From: Terriglobia bacterium
Lineage (GTDB): Bacteria; Acidobacteriota; Terriglobia; JAIQFV01
Length of the DNA: 64,000 bases
Direction: 5' to 3'
Assembly (NCBI GenBank): GCA_020073085.1
Contig: JAIQFV010000009.1
Span: 60,162 to 124,161, forward strand
Shown here piece by piece: positions 28,981 to 37,279 of the stretch. The notes under the pieces are model-generated. The model did not search any database, was not told where the DNA came from, and saw nothing but the letters and a program-made list of their open reading frames with translations. The translations under genes were made by a program, and so were the position numbers. How positions within the stretch are numbered: the first letter of the stretch is position 1; each line of letters begins with the position of its first letter.

Positions 28981-29746
28981 GGGAACTCGTAGCGTAGCGC
29001 TTCTTGGATTTCCGACTCTGCCCTGCCATAGTCTTCCGCTAGTACTTCAATCGAGTCGCCGGCATGGAATCGTTCTGCTATGACAGCTGTGGAAATACCC
29101 GTGCCAACGAGGGTTTACCAAAAGAAATCATGGGGTCAATCACCACGATCTTGGGGTCCTCGGAGAGTTTCCCAAGTCTCAATTTTCTCGTGAAGGGATA
29201 GAGGCGTTGGGCAAGGCCGGCCTCGTCACGCTCCACACGTCTGAGATAAGCCTTGATGATCTCCCTCATGGCAAACTGGCCTTTTTGGGAAACGTTGATG
29301 AGACGGTCGGATTCCTGGATGAACAGATTTAAGCCATCCGTTTGAAACCACGGCTCAGCCAACGGATGCTCATATTTGGATTTTTCCATCAGGTATTCGA
29401 TAGCAGACCTGACGTTCTTCAGAGGAACCCGATGGATTTGACGGATCGCATCCAAAACATGCGCTTCTACAAGGTTTATAAACGAGAGCAGGGGAAGAGC
29501 TTTATCTGGCAATGATAATACTGGTTTAAAATGCTTCCTTCCCTTCCGAGTGGGATAGTATCTGCCTCCCACCCAGGGACGGAGTGTTGCCAAAGGGATT
29601 CCCAAATAATGACCTGCTTCGGCAGTCCCGTAGGACGGGATCTCACGGGGATCCAGGCCGTCGTAGATGGCAAAATTCCTTGCTTTTGAAATGGATCCTG
29701 CCATCGGTCGCCACCCCCCGAAGAGACTTCTGCTACAGAGCCGCAA
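28981..29746 (-). pseudogene. DUF433-domain protein gene carrying a -1 frameshift in the DUF433 motif
   Basis: Frame 0 reads ...DPMISFGKPSLARVFPQLS* with a stop at 29078. The neighbouring frame continues (x)LVGTGISTAVIAERFHAGDSIEVLAEDYGRAESEIQEALRYEF to 28981. That matches the DUF433 consensus GKPvIrGTRI.V..vl...a.G.s.eeIledYP.Lt.edi.aAL.Y. A 1-nt deletion is inferred near 29096-29100. Confidence 0.55.
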
Positions 29747-30011
29747 GCGTTACAGTCGATTTCGAGCGCAGATTATCCAATCTGTAGGATTCTGGCATAT
29801 CCACAGGTCTTTCACAGGCGAATGTCCTGTGAATTCCACTCTTATGCACCAAGAATGATTGATGGAGTGTGAACCCAATTGAATATTCCGCCAATCTTTA
29901 TGCTGGGAATTGTCGAATGTCGCAGCCTGACCCCAGTTGTTCTGCAATCTTGGCAAATGCTTTGACGAGGAGCCCCAATAACCTGCTTTCCTCCTGAGGC
30001 GGCGGTGACCC

Positions 30012-30243
30012 AACTCCGTAGGAGTGGCATAGTTATAGACCGGCCTGCTTTCTCTTCCGCTTCGGTTGAACCCCGTCAGGGGTGACATCTGAGCTGCTAT
30101 GCTCATCCACGAAGAGAGATCCATTCTCAAATCTGGGGGGAGGAGGGCTGGTTCGCAGCCCCTATGCCACCCCTGACGGGGTTCAACCCAGAATGAAGAG
30201 AAGCAGTCGGGGAAGGCTATAAAGATACCACTCCTACGGAGTT
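30012..30243. repeat. Large palindromic element (two ~75-bp inverted arms around an ~83-bp core); MITE-like or structured RNA
   Basis: Arm 1 is aactccgtaggagtgg...ggttgaaccccgtcaggggtg. Arm 2 is its reverse complement at about 85% identity (cacccctgacggggttcaacc...ccactcctacggagtt). Confidence 0.6.
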
Positions 30244-30753
30244 GGGGTAGGACCCATTCAAAATGAACGCGTGTCGGCTGCGAAGGCGGGGGGCGGGCGC
30301 GATCGAGCGTGTTATCAGCGCCGCCTGATCAACCGTTTTTACTGGCAAGAAATTTTCTGCGAGCTGCGTTGGCGCCTTTATCTATATAAGTCTCAGGGGC
30401 GTCTGAAAAATATTCAACTTTTGCAAATTAGCCCTGTCCAGTTCTGGCTTGTCCAGATTAGGATTAGGGCCGAATAGATGCGACTGTCTGTATCCTGCAG
30501 CTTTGCCAACCCCTCCACCGACTGGGTGGTCCGGGTCATTTGGTTGCGGCGAGCGCGGAATCGACGGTCCTGTGTGAATTCAGGGAAGAGCCCCCACCGG
30601 GCACAGAGCACCCGGCGTGGCTACCAAGGCTCTGGGAATCGCAACCGTCGGCTGAAATGCGCGTGGCAGCGATGCCAAACTTATCTGTACTCAACTGTGG
30701 TTGTCCTCAAAGCTTCCTTGACCTATAAACATTTCCAATTTCTCCCCTAACCA

Positions 30754-31356
30754 ATGCCCATCGACCCCAGTCTAATGAATCGGATGGAAGGGAATGATGC
30801 TGCTGCCGTGGCTCAGGTGTTGGCCGGCGATGAGGGTGCCTACCGCATGCTCGTCGAACGGCACAGCCGCAGTATCTTCCGCCTGGCTTATCGCATGACG
30901 GCCAATGAACAAGACGCCGAGGACGTGGTTCAGGAAACGTTTCTTCGCGCCTACCGGCAGCTGAAGCGGTTTGAGTCACGGTCCAACTTCGGCACCTGGC
31001 TGTATCGTATCGCGGTGAATTGTTCACTGGACCTCATCCGAAAACGACGGCGGCACGACGACCACCCGTCGGAGCCTTCCTCCGAGGAAGAAACCATGTA
31101 TCAACTGAGGGACGAACGCCCCACACCGGATCGAGTCGTTTTGGGCGGCGAAATACAGAGGAAAGTGAACGCTGTGCTGTCAACCCTTGGCCCCAAAGAG
31201 AGGGCCGCCTTCTCGCTGAGGCACTTTGAGGGGATGAGCATTGAAGAAATAGGCCTGGTGTTGGGGGTTCGTCCGAGTGCGATCAAGAACAGCATTTTCC
31301 GGGCCGTCCAAAAGCTGCGGCGCGAATTACAACCCGTGGTTCATTTGACTCCATGA
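30754..31356 (+). CDS. RNA polymerase ECF sigma factor (sigma-70 family)
   Basis: Region 2 reads ETFLRAYRQLKRFESRSNFGTWLYRIAVNCSLDLIRKRRR. The region 4 HTH reads LRHFEGMSIEEIGLVLGVRPSAIKNSIFRAVQKLR. Confidence 0.85.
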   Translation: MPIDPSLMNRMEGNDAAAVAQVLAGDEGAYRMLVERHSRSIFRLAYRMTANEQDAEDVVQETFLRAYRQLKRFESRSNFGTWLYRIAVNCSLDLIRKRRRHDDHPSEPSSEEETMYQLRDERPTPDRVVLGGEIQRKVNAVLSTLGPKERAAFSLRHFEGMSIEEIGLVLGVRPSAIKNSIFRAVQKLRRELQPVVHLTP

Positions 31357-32114
31357 AACATCTAACGGAAGAACAACTCATCCTTCATTACTACCGGGAC
31401 TTGGCCGATACCGCAGCCGTTGAGGCGCACCTGGCACTGTGTGATGAATGCCGTCGCCATCACGAGGATCTGCGGGCCACCCTGGATACGGTGGAAGCGC
31501 CCAGCCTTCCGCAGCGATCGGAAAGCTATGGAACGGAGGTATGGACACGCCTTCGACCTCGTCTGGAAAAACCTCCCCGCATGGACTGGATGGTGCTCCT
31601 TCAGTCGCGCCGTCTGGTTGCGCTCGGAACCGTCGCCGCACTCGTCGTTGTCGCATTCCTGGCCGGTCGATTCTGGCCAAGACCGGAAGTGTCCCCGCCT
31701 CAGGTCATCTCAGCGAAAGCGCAGGACCGGATTTTCCTCCTGGCGGTCGGTGAACACCTGGACCGTTCGCAAAGGGTGCTGCTGGAACTGTTGAATACCC
31801 CATCGGATGAACCGGTGAATATCACTGCCGAACAGCAACGGGTCGAAGATCTGGTCGCCGCGAACCGCATCTACCGCCAGACGGCGACCCGCGCGGGAGA
31901 GCCGGGAATCGCCAATGTTCTGGATGATTTGGAGCGGGTCCTGCTCGAAATTGCCCGCGGCCCCTCGGAGTTGTCGGCCGCCGATCTCAAGGAAGTCCGG
32001 CAACGGATTGAAAACCAGGGAATTCTTTTCAAGGTACGAGTGACCGACTCGACCGTGCACGAGCGGGAGCGCATAAGCGTGCCGGGAGCAGGAACCGTCA
32101 CGGGAAAAATTTGA
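31353..32114 (+). CDS. Anti-sigma factor with a zf-HC2 domain
   Basis: Its start overlaps the sigma gene stop by 4 bp. The N-terminus has HLALCDECRRHHEDL, a putative zinc finger, then one TM helix (LVALGTVAALVVVAFLAG). Confidence 0.75.
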   Translation: MKHLTEEQLILHYYRDLADTAAVEAHLALCDECRRHHEDLRATLDTVEAPSLPQRSESYGTEVWTRLRPRLEKPPRMDWMVLLQSRRLVALGTVAALVVVAFLAGRFWPRPEVSPPQVISAKAQDRIFLLAVGEHLDRSQRVLLELLNTPSDEPVNITAEQQRVEDLVAANRIYRQTATRAGEPGIANVLDDLERVLLEIARGPSELSAADLKEVRQRIENQGILFKVRVTDSTVHERERISVPGAGTVTGKI

Positions 32115-32115
32115 C

Positions 32116-33543
32116 ATGGGGGCCCACATGAAAAAAGTCAATGGGATCGTCATAAGCATCATCACCTTACTGGTCGCTTCAGCACTCATGGCCTCACAGG
32201 GAATACCGGGAAATTCTAATCCGATCGTGCATCGGGTGATTCCGTCTGCATCCGCGGGGGTCCGGGGCGTTGAACAGTTGGCGGTAGTGCCGGTTGATAC
32301 TTCCGCCGTCGACCGGGACGTTTATGGTGACGAACAAGATATTAAGGAACAGAAGAAAACTAAGCGGACTGAAGAAGAAAAGGAGGTGCAAAAAGAGACG
32401 AAGAGGGAAATTACCCGCACTCGAGACCAAGAGGAAGCCCTCTATGACCGCGGAACACAGGCTTTGGACCAGGGCCACTGGGATCGAGCTGTTGAAATCT
32501 TTGGTCAAGTGGTTGAACTTCATGCCCGACATACTGATGGTGCGTTGTACTGGAAGGCCTATGCCCAGAATAAGCTGGGTCAGAGAACGGAAGCCCTGGC
32601 GGCGCTGGCCGAGTTAAACAAGTCTTTTCCGCAAAGCCGCTGGATTAATGATGCCAAGGCCCTGGAAGTGGAAATCCGATCGCAGGCGGGCCGGCCAGTC
32701 TCTCCTGCCAACGAGGGAGATGAAGACCTCAAACTCATGGCCATCAACGGATTGTTGAACAGCAACCCGGACCAGGCCATTCCGCTTCTGGAGAAGATTC
32801 TCACCGGCAACCAACCTCCCAGGATCAAAGAAAGAGCCCTTTTTGTGCTGAGCCAGAGCGGTTCCCCCAAGGCGCGGGAAATCATCGGTCAGGTCGCCCG
32901 GGGACAGTCCAACCCCGATTTGCAGCGAAAGGCGGTCCAGTACCTGGGATTGTTCGGCGGAAAGGAGAGCCACAAGCTGCTGTCTGACATTTATGCCTCC
33001 AGTTCAGATGTCTCCTTAAAGAAAACGATCCTCCGCAGCTTCATGACCTCGGGGGAACGCGGATTTCTCTTGGAGGCGGCCAAGAGGGAGAAGAATCCGG
33101 ATCTGCGCCTCGAAGCCATACGCCAACTGGGCGTGATGGGGGGCCAGACTGAATTGTGGGAGATCTATCAGGCCGAGCCTTCAGTCGAGGTCAAAGAACA
33201 GATCCTCCACTCCATGTTTGTCGGAGGAAGTTCGGACAAGCTGCTCGAAATCGCCCGAAATGAGAAAGACCCGAAACTCCGACGGGCCGCCATCCACAGC
33301 CTGGGGCTCATGGGCGGAAAGAAGACCGGTGAAGCATTAGTGTCAATTTACACCAGCGAGCGGGATCCGGAAATACGAAAAGCGGTGATCCAGGGATTGT
33401 TTGTACAAGGCAACGCCAAAGCGTTAGTTGAGCTGGCCCGCAAGGAAACCGACCCCGCGATGAAGAAGCAGATCGTTCAACAGCTCTCGGTCATGGGTTC
33501 AAAAGAGGCCACTGATTACTTGATGGAAATCATAAACAAGTGA
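32116..33543 (+). CDS. HEAT-repeat (PBS-lyase-like) protein with a TPR-like N-terminal region
   Basis: It carries repeated motifs such as LRLEAIRQLGVMGG, LRRAAIHSLGLMGG and IRKAVIQGLFVQG. It has a signal or TM segment and a charged KE-rich linker. Confidence 0.7.
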   Translation: MGAHMKKVNGIVISIITLLVASALMASQGIPGNSNPIVHRVIPSASAGVRGVEQLAVVPVDTSAVDRDVYGDEQDIKEQKKTKRTEEEKEVQKETKREITRTRDQEEALYDRGTQALDQGHWDRAVEIFGQVVELHARHTDGALYWKAYAQNKLGQRTEALAALAELNKSFPQSRWINDAKALEVEIRSQAGRPVSPANEGDEDLKLMAINGLLNSNPDQAIPLLEKILTGNQPPRIKERALFVLSQSGSPKAREIIGQVARGQSNPDLQRKAVQYLGLFGGKESHKLLSDIYASSSDVSLKKTILRSFMTSGERGFLLEAAKREKNPDLRLEAIRQLGVMGGQTELWEIYQAEPSVEVKEQILHSMFVGGSSDKLLEIARNEKDPKLRRAAIHSLGLMGGKKTGEALVSIYTSERDPEIRKAVIQGLFVQGNAKALVELARKETDPAMKKQIVQQLSVMGSKEATDYLMEIINK

Positions 33544-33550
33544 AACGCAG

Positions 33551-33592
33551 GCAGGGCGATCCACTCTAGCGGGTCGCCTTGCATTTAGGCAC
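33551..33592 (+). terminator. Stem-loop terminator candidate
   Basis: The stem is ggcgatcc..gggtcgcc, followed by ttgcattt. It shares the 17-mer caggcagggcgatccac with the hairpin at 57441. Confidence 0.3.
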
Positions 33593-33817
33593 TTATCAAC
33601 AGCATTTGTGCCGTCAAGGATAAGGAGATTTGCCATTCGGAAGCCAGGAATACAGGAAGGTAAAAACCTTCAATCTGACATGAACCTAATCATCCCACAC
33701 CGGCGGGCTTCCCATCGACAACCCTCTGGCTTCCTGGTTTCCTAATAGAATCTGGTTTTGGTTCCGGCTCGTCCGGCCTTGAAAGTTAATAATTCTTTAC
33801 CAGCGCCGAGGAGGTGT

Positions 33818-34924
33818 ATGTTGAAGAATGCGAGAACCTGCTCTCTCTGGGTAAGCGCGATCTCCCTGATGGTGGTAACGACCTCCCTTGCCCAAGTCCC
33901 CCACTTCACCAATGCCCGCGTCCAGACTCTCTCTGCGAGCACCGGTTTGGAACGCGAATTTCGAGCGCTTCTCCGCCGTCAGGCAGAACCTGCCTGGGCG
34001 GGTTACACCGTCCCGATGATCCCGGGCGGCGGGACCATGTGTTGTTATGAGTCCAACTCGGATTTCCGCTCCTCAGGGGCCTGTGGCCGATGTCAGCTTG
34101 AGGATCACGCGGAAAGTTTCAGCACTCCGAAAGATGGTTCCAAGAGTGTTAAGCTGGAATCTCCGGAACTTTTGATCGTTCTGTTTCGTCTAAAGGACAA
34201 GAACATTCAGAAGATACGATTTTTCTCACAGGAGTGTGAGCTGGATGCGGGTGGATTGCCTGTTTACTGGTTGACTGAAGTTCGACCCTCCGAGAGCGTT
34301 GCATGGCTCTCTACCTATGCGACAGACCGGTCATCCGGGGAGGAGGAACAATCCAGGCACCTTCGGAATTCGGCGGTCGCCGCCATTGCACTCCATGCCG
34401 ATGAGGCTGCGGACCGGGCGCTCAGTGAGTTTGTCGCGCCCGCTCAGCCGGAAGCGCTGCGAAGAGACGCTGTTTTCTGGCTGGGAAGTGCTCGAGGAAA
34501 GCGTGGTTTTGAAGTTGTCCAACACATCGTCCATGAAGACCCTAGCGAAAAGGTCCGGGAGCACGCCTTGATTGCGTTGTCAATCAGCAAGGAACCGCAA
34601 GCGGTGGACACCATGATCGAAGTGGCGCACCAGGACGGCAACTCTCACGTCCGGGGCCAGGCATTGTTCTGGCTCGCGCACAAGGCGGGCCAAAAGGCCG
34701 TTGGCGCCATCACGGATGCCATCGAAAAGGACCCGGAAACCGAAGTGAAGCGTCGTGCTGTCTTTGCCTTGAGCCAGCTCCCCAAGGATGAGGGGGTTCC
34801 CAAACTCATTGAAGTCGCCCGGACGAACCGCAATCCTGCAGTTCGCAAACAGGCCATCTTCTGGCTGGGCCAGTCGAAAGACCCAAGGGCTTTGGCGTTT
34901 TTTGAAGAAATCTTATTGCATTGA
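33818..34924 (+). CDS. HEAT-repeat protein, secreted
   Basis: A GAGGAGG SD precedes the ATG at 33818. It has a signal peptide (MLKNARTCSLWVSAISLMVVTTSLAQV). Repeats include VRGQALFWLAHKAG, VRKQAIFWLGQSKD and LRRDAVFWLGSARG. Confidence 0.7.
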   Translation: MLKNARTCSLWVSAISLMVVTTSLAQVPHFTNARVQTLSASTGLEREFRALLRRQAEPAWAGYTVPMIPGGGTMCCYESNSDFRSSGACGRCQLEDHAESFSTPKDGSKSVKLESPELLIVLFRLKDKNIQKIRFFSQECELDAGGLPVYWLTEVRPSESVAWLSTYATDRSSGEEEQSRHLRNSAVAAIALHADEAADRALSEFVAPAQPEALRRDAVFWLGSARGKRGFEVVQHIVHEDPSEKVREHALIALSISKEPQAVDTMIEVAHQDGNSHVRGQALFWLAHKAGQKAVGAITDAIEKDPETEVKRRAVFALSQLPKDEGVPKLIEVARTNRNPAVRKQAIFWLGQSKDPRALAFFEEILLH

Positions 34925-34928
34925 GAAG

Positions 34929-35155
34929 AGTTGTCAGTTCTCAGTTGTCAGTGAGGAGCTGCCACACTCATTTGATTCTATTTACGGCCGCTGTAATAGA
35001 ACCAACGTCATAAAAACCATGACTCTTCTTGCGCGTTTTTCAAAGCTGATGGCTGAAAGCTGACAGGCTGAAGTTCAACTCTAACATCTCGCAACTGACA
35101 ACTGAGAACTGGCAACTGGGAACTGAGAACTGAATTCTGGCAACTTCAGTCTAGA
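34929..35155. repeat. Heptad-armed palindromic element, Q class
   Basis: The arms are gttgtcagttctcagttgtcagtg ... caactgacaactgagaactggcaactgggaactgagaactg. The right arm ends 5 nt before the ADOP-fragment start. Confidence 0.6.
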
Positions 35156-35159
35156 AATC

Positions 35160-35651
35160 ATGAATGCATTCTTCAAAGACCTCCGCTTCGGCATTCGCGT
35201 GCTGGTGAAAAGCCCGGGATTCACAGCCATCGCTGTGATCACCCTCGCTCTCGGCATTGGGGCCAATTGCGCCATCTTTAGCGCCGCTAACGCCATCCTC
35301 CGCTCTCTCCCAGTCCGGGATCCGGATCGATTGATCTGGGTTTGGGATGGTCAACCTCAGCTGAAGCAGGCGCCCGCCTCCTATACGGATTTCGTGGACT
35401 GGCGGAACATGAACCTTGTTCTTGAAGAGATGTCCGCAGGCCGCGGCGCCAACTTCAACCTGACCGGGACCGGTGATCCCGAGCGTCTCCCGGGGTTCAA
35501 ATATCAGGTGTCGCGTGTCAGGAGACAGGATGCTGGGGTTTTAGGACACTTGCGACTGAGGTCAGAGGCCAGAAGACTGAAGTCAGGAATCGGAAGACAG
35601 AAGTCAAAAGGTACAGGCTGGAAGTCGGATGAATCAAAAACCATTCTCTAA
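35160..35651 (+). pseudogene. N-terminal fragment of an ADOP permease gene (about 113 aa of roughly 800), truncated into a G-class repeat
   Basis: It begins [41 protein letters not shown], through [14 protein letters not shown]. The reading frame then runs into the gtgtcgcgtgtcagg repeat. No FtsX domain follows. Confidence 0.7.
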
Positions 35652-35699
35652 TTTTTCGCTTCTTGCACCCAGACACCCGACACCTGGCACCCGACACCT
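35505..35699. repeat. Heptad-armed palindromic element, G class
   Basis: The arms are caggtgtcgcgtgtcagg ... cccagacacccgacacctggcacccgacacc. The core contains cagaaga/cagaagt heptads. Confidence 0.6.
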
Positions 35700-35719
35700 T
35701 TGCGTATAAGGAGAAAACT

Positions 35720-36547
35720 ATGCTATCAACCCATTCACTCAAGTCTATGCTTCTCATCATTGCATCACTGCTTCTCGCAACAATCCAGGCGATGGCTTTG
35801 GGAGCAGACCCGCAAGATCGGAGTTTGAACTGCAACGACCAGTGGAAAAACGGCCGGCTGGCGACCTTCTGCGAAATGAGGGAGCAGACCATTCCGGCGG
35901 CTCGAGGGACGCTCTCCGTGGATGGCCGGATGAACGGGGGGATTGGTATCAAAGGATGGGATCGGAATGAAATCCTTGTTCGCGCCCAGGTCCAGGCGTC
36001 CGCCTCTACCGACACAGCGGCCCGCGACTTGGCCAAACAGGTTCGGATCGAAACGGGCGGAGGACAGATTCGGGCCGAGGGCCCTTCCCAAGACCATGAC
36101 CGGAATTGGTCCGTCAGCTATGAAATCTTTGTACCCCGACAGTCCGATCTCTCCCTCAAGACCCACAATGGCGGCATCGGCATCGCCGAGGTCAGCGGCC
36201 ACATCGATTTCTCAGCGCTCAATGGTGGCGTTTCTTTGAAGCGCCTGGGAGGAACGGTCAAAGGCAGCACTACCAACGGGGGTCTCTCCATTGATCTCGC
36301 GGGGAGCCGATGGGAAGGCGAGGGGCTGGACGTCAGGACCACCAATGGCGGGGTCTCCATGTCGGTTCCGGAGAACTATTCAGCCCAGTTGGAAACGGGT
36401 ACGGTGAACGGGGGCCTGGATATCGGATTCCCCGTCACCGTACAGGGTAAGTTGAACAAAGAGCTTTCTGTAACACTGGGCTCCGGCGGCCCGTTGATCC
36501 GCGCCATGACTACCAATGGAGGAGTCCGGGTTCATCGGAAGAGCTGA
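35720..36547 (+). CDS. DUF4097 (toastrack / putative adhesin) domain protein, secreted
   Basis: It has a signal peptide and repeated beta-strand units (NGGIGI, NGGVSL, TNGGLSIDL, TTNGGVSMSV, TVNGGLDIGF, TTNGGVRVH). Confidence 0.7.
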   Translation: MLSTHSLKSMLLIIASLLLATIQAMALGADPQDRSLNCNDQWKNGRLATFCEMREQTIPAARGTLSVDGRMNGGIGIKGWDRNEILVRAQVQASASTDTAARDLAKQVRIETGGGQIRAEGPSQDHDRNWSVSYEIFVPRQSDLSLKTHNGGIGIAEVSGHIDFSALNGGVSLKRLGGTVKGSTTNGGLSIDLAGSRWEGEGLDVRTTNGGVSMSVPENYSAQLETGTVNGGLDIGFPVTVQGKLNKELSVTLGSGGPLIRAMTTNGGVRVHRKS

Positions 36548-36558
36548 AGAGCAGGGTT

Positions 36559-37213
36559 CAGGTGCCGGGGGTCAGGTGTCGGGTGCCAGGTGTCAGAGGA
36601 GCGTTGGGCCAATGAACGCCCGTGAAGGCAACTGAGCCCGCAATGCCCAATCGGGGAGGGCGATGTAACTCCCAAACCCTCACCGAGCACTCTCTGCCAT
36701 AAGCTGCCGCTCGTTAGGTTTTCGCCTTCCTAAGGCTCCTAAATAGGCCAGCCAGCATACGTCCTACCTCCGCTGTCAGGTTAAGGAGCGGCTCCACGGA
36801 ATTCATTGGCACATATGATAGTCGAGACGCCAGCACTAGGTGTGTTTCCAATTCCATCAGGGAACCATTTGCCACCGAAAGATGATGTAGATAGTCTCCC
36901 AAATGTTCACGACCATGTCCTTCTGCAATGTTTGCTGGGACAGAAACAGCTGAACGCTGGATCTGACACGTTAAGCCATACATTTCTCTTCTTGGCAAGA
37001 GTTGAGTCAACTTATAGCTTTCGACGACAAGGTCCATTAACTTTTGCCAGACAACGAGGTCTCTAAAACTACGAACGGACATGGGCGCCTTCATTTCCGG
37101 GGGAAGGGTTTTACAAGAACCTATGATAATTTCAAACAATACACCAATTATGAGATTCTGCCACCCTATAACCAGCCCCTGACACCCGGCACCCGACACC
37201 TGGCACCTGACAT
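36559..37213. repeat. G-class palindromic element whose arms enclose a complete four-helix-bundle gene
   Basis: The left arm is caggtgccgggggtcaggtgtcgggtgccaggtgtcag and the right arm is cctgacacccggcacccgacacctggcacctgaca. Confidence 0.6.
36714..37094 (-). CDS. Four-helix-bundle protein (TIGR02436, the 23S rRNA intervening-sequence protein family; Avd-like fold)
   Basis: Contains FRDLVVWQKLMDL ... LTCQIQRSAVSVPANIAEGHGR ... ANGSLMELETHLVLASRLSYV. The longer upstream frame to 37262 reads through the repeat arm. Confidence 0.7.
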   Translation of the reverse strand: MKAPMSVRSFRDLVVWQKLMDLVVESYKLTQLLPRREMYGLTCQIQRSAVSVPANIAEGHGREHLGDYLHHLSVANGSLMELETHLVLASRLSYVPMNSVEPLLNLTAEVGRMLAGLFRSLRKAKT

Positions 37214-37279
37214 CTGGAATTCTCATCAATGTAAATTTTGGTTGCAGCGACTGAAGAGCCATAGCATCATGTACACCCT

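Noticed and set aside
29750-30130. 126-aa minus-strand ORF in the low-GC island
   Set aside because: It has no start context or domain-like sequence. It overlaps the 232-bp palindrome, so it is likely spurious.
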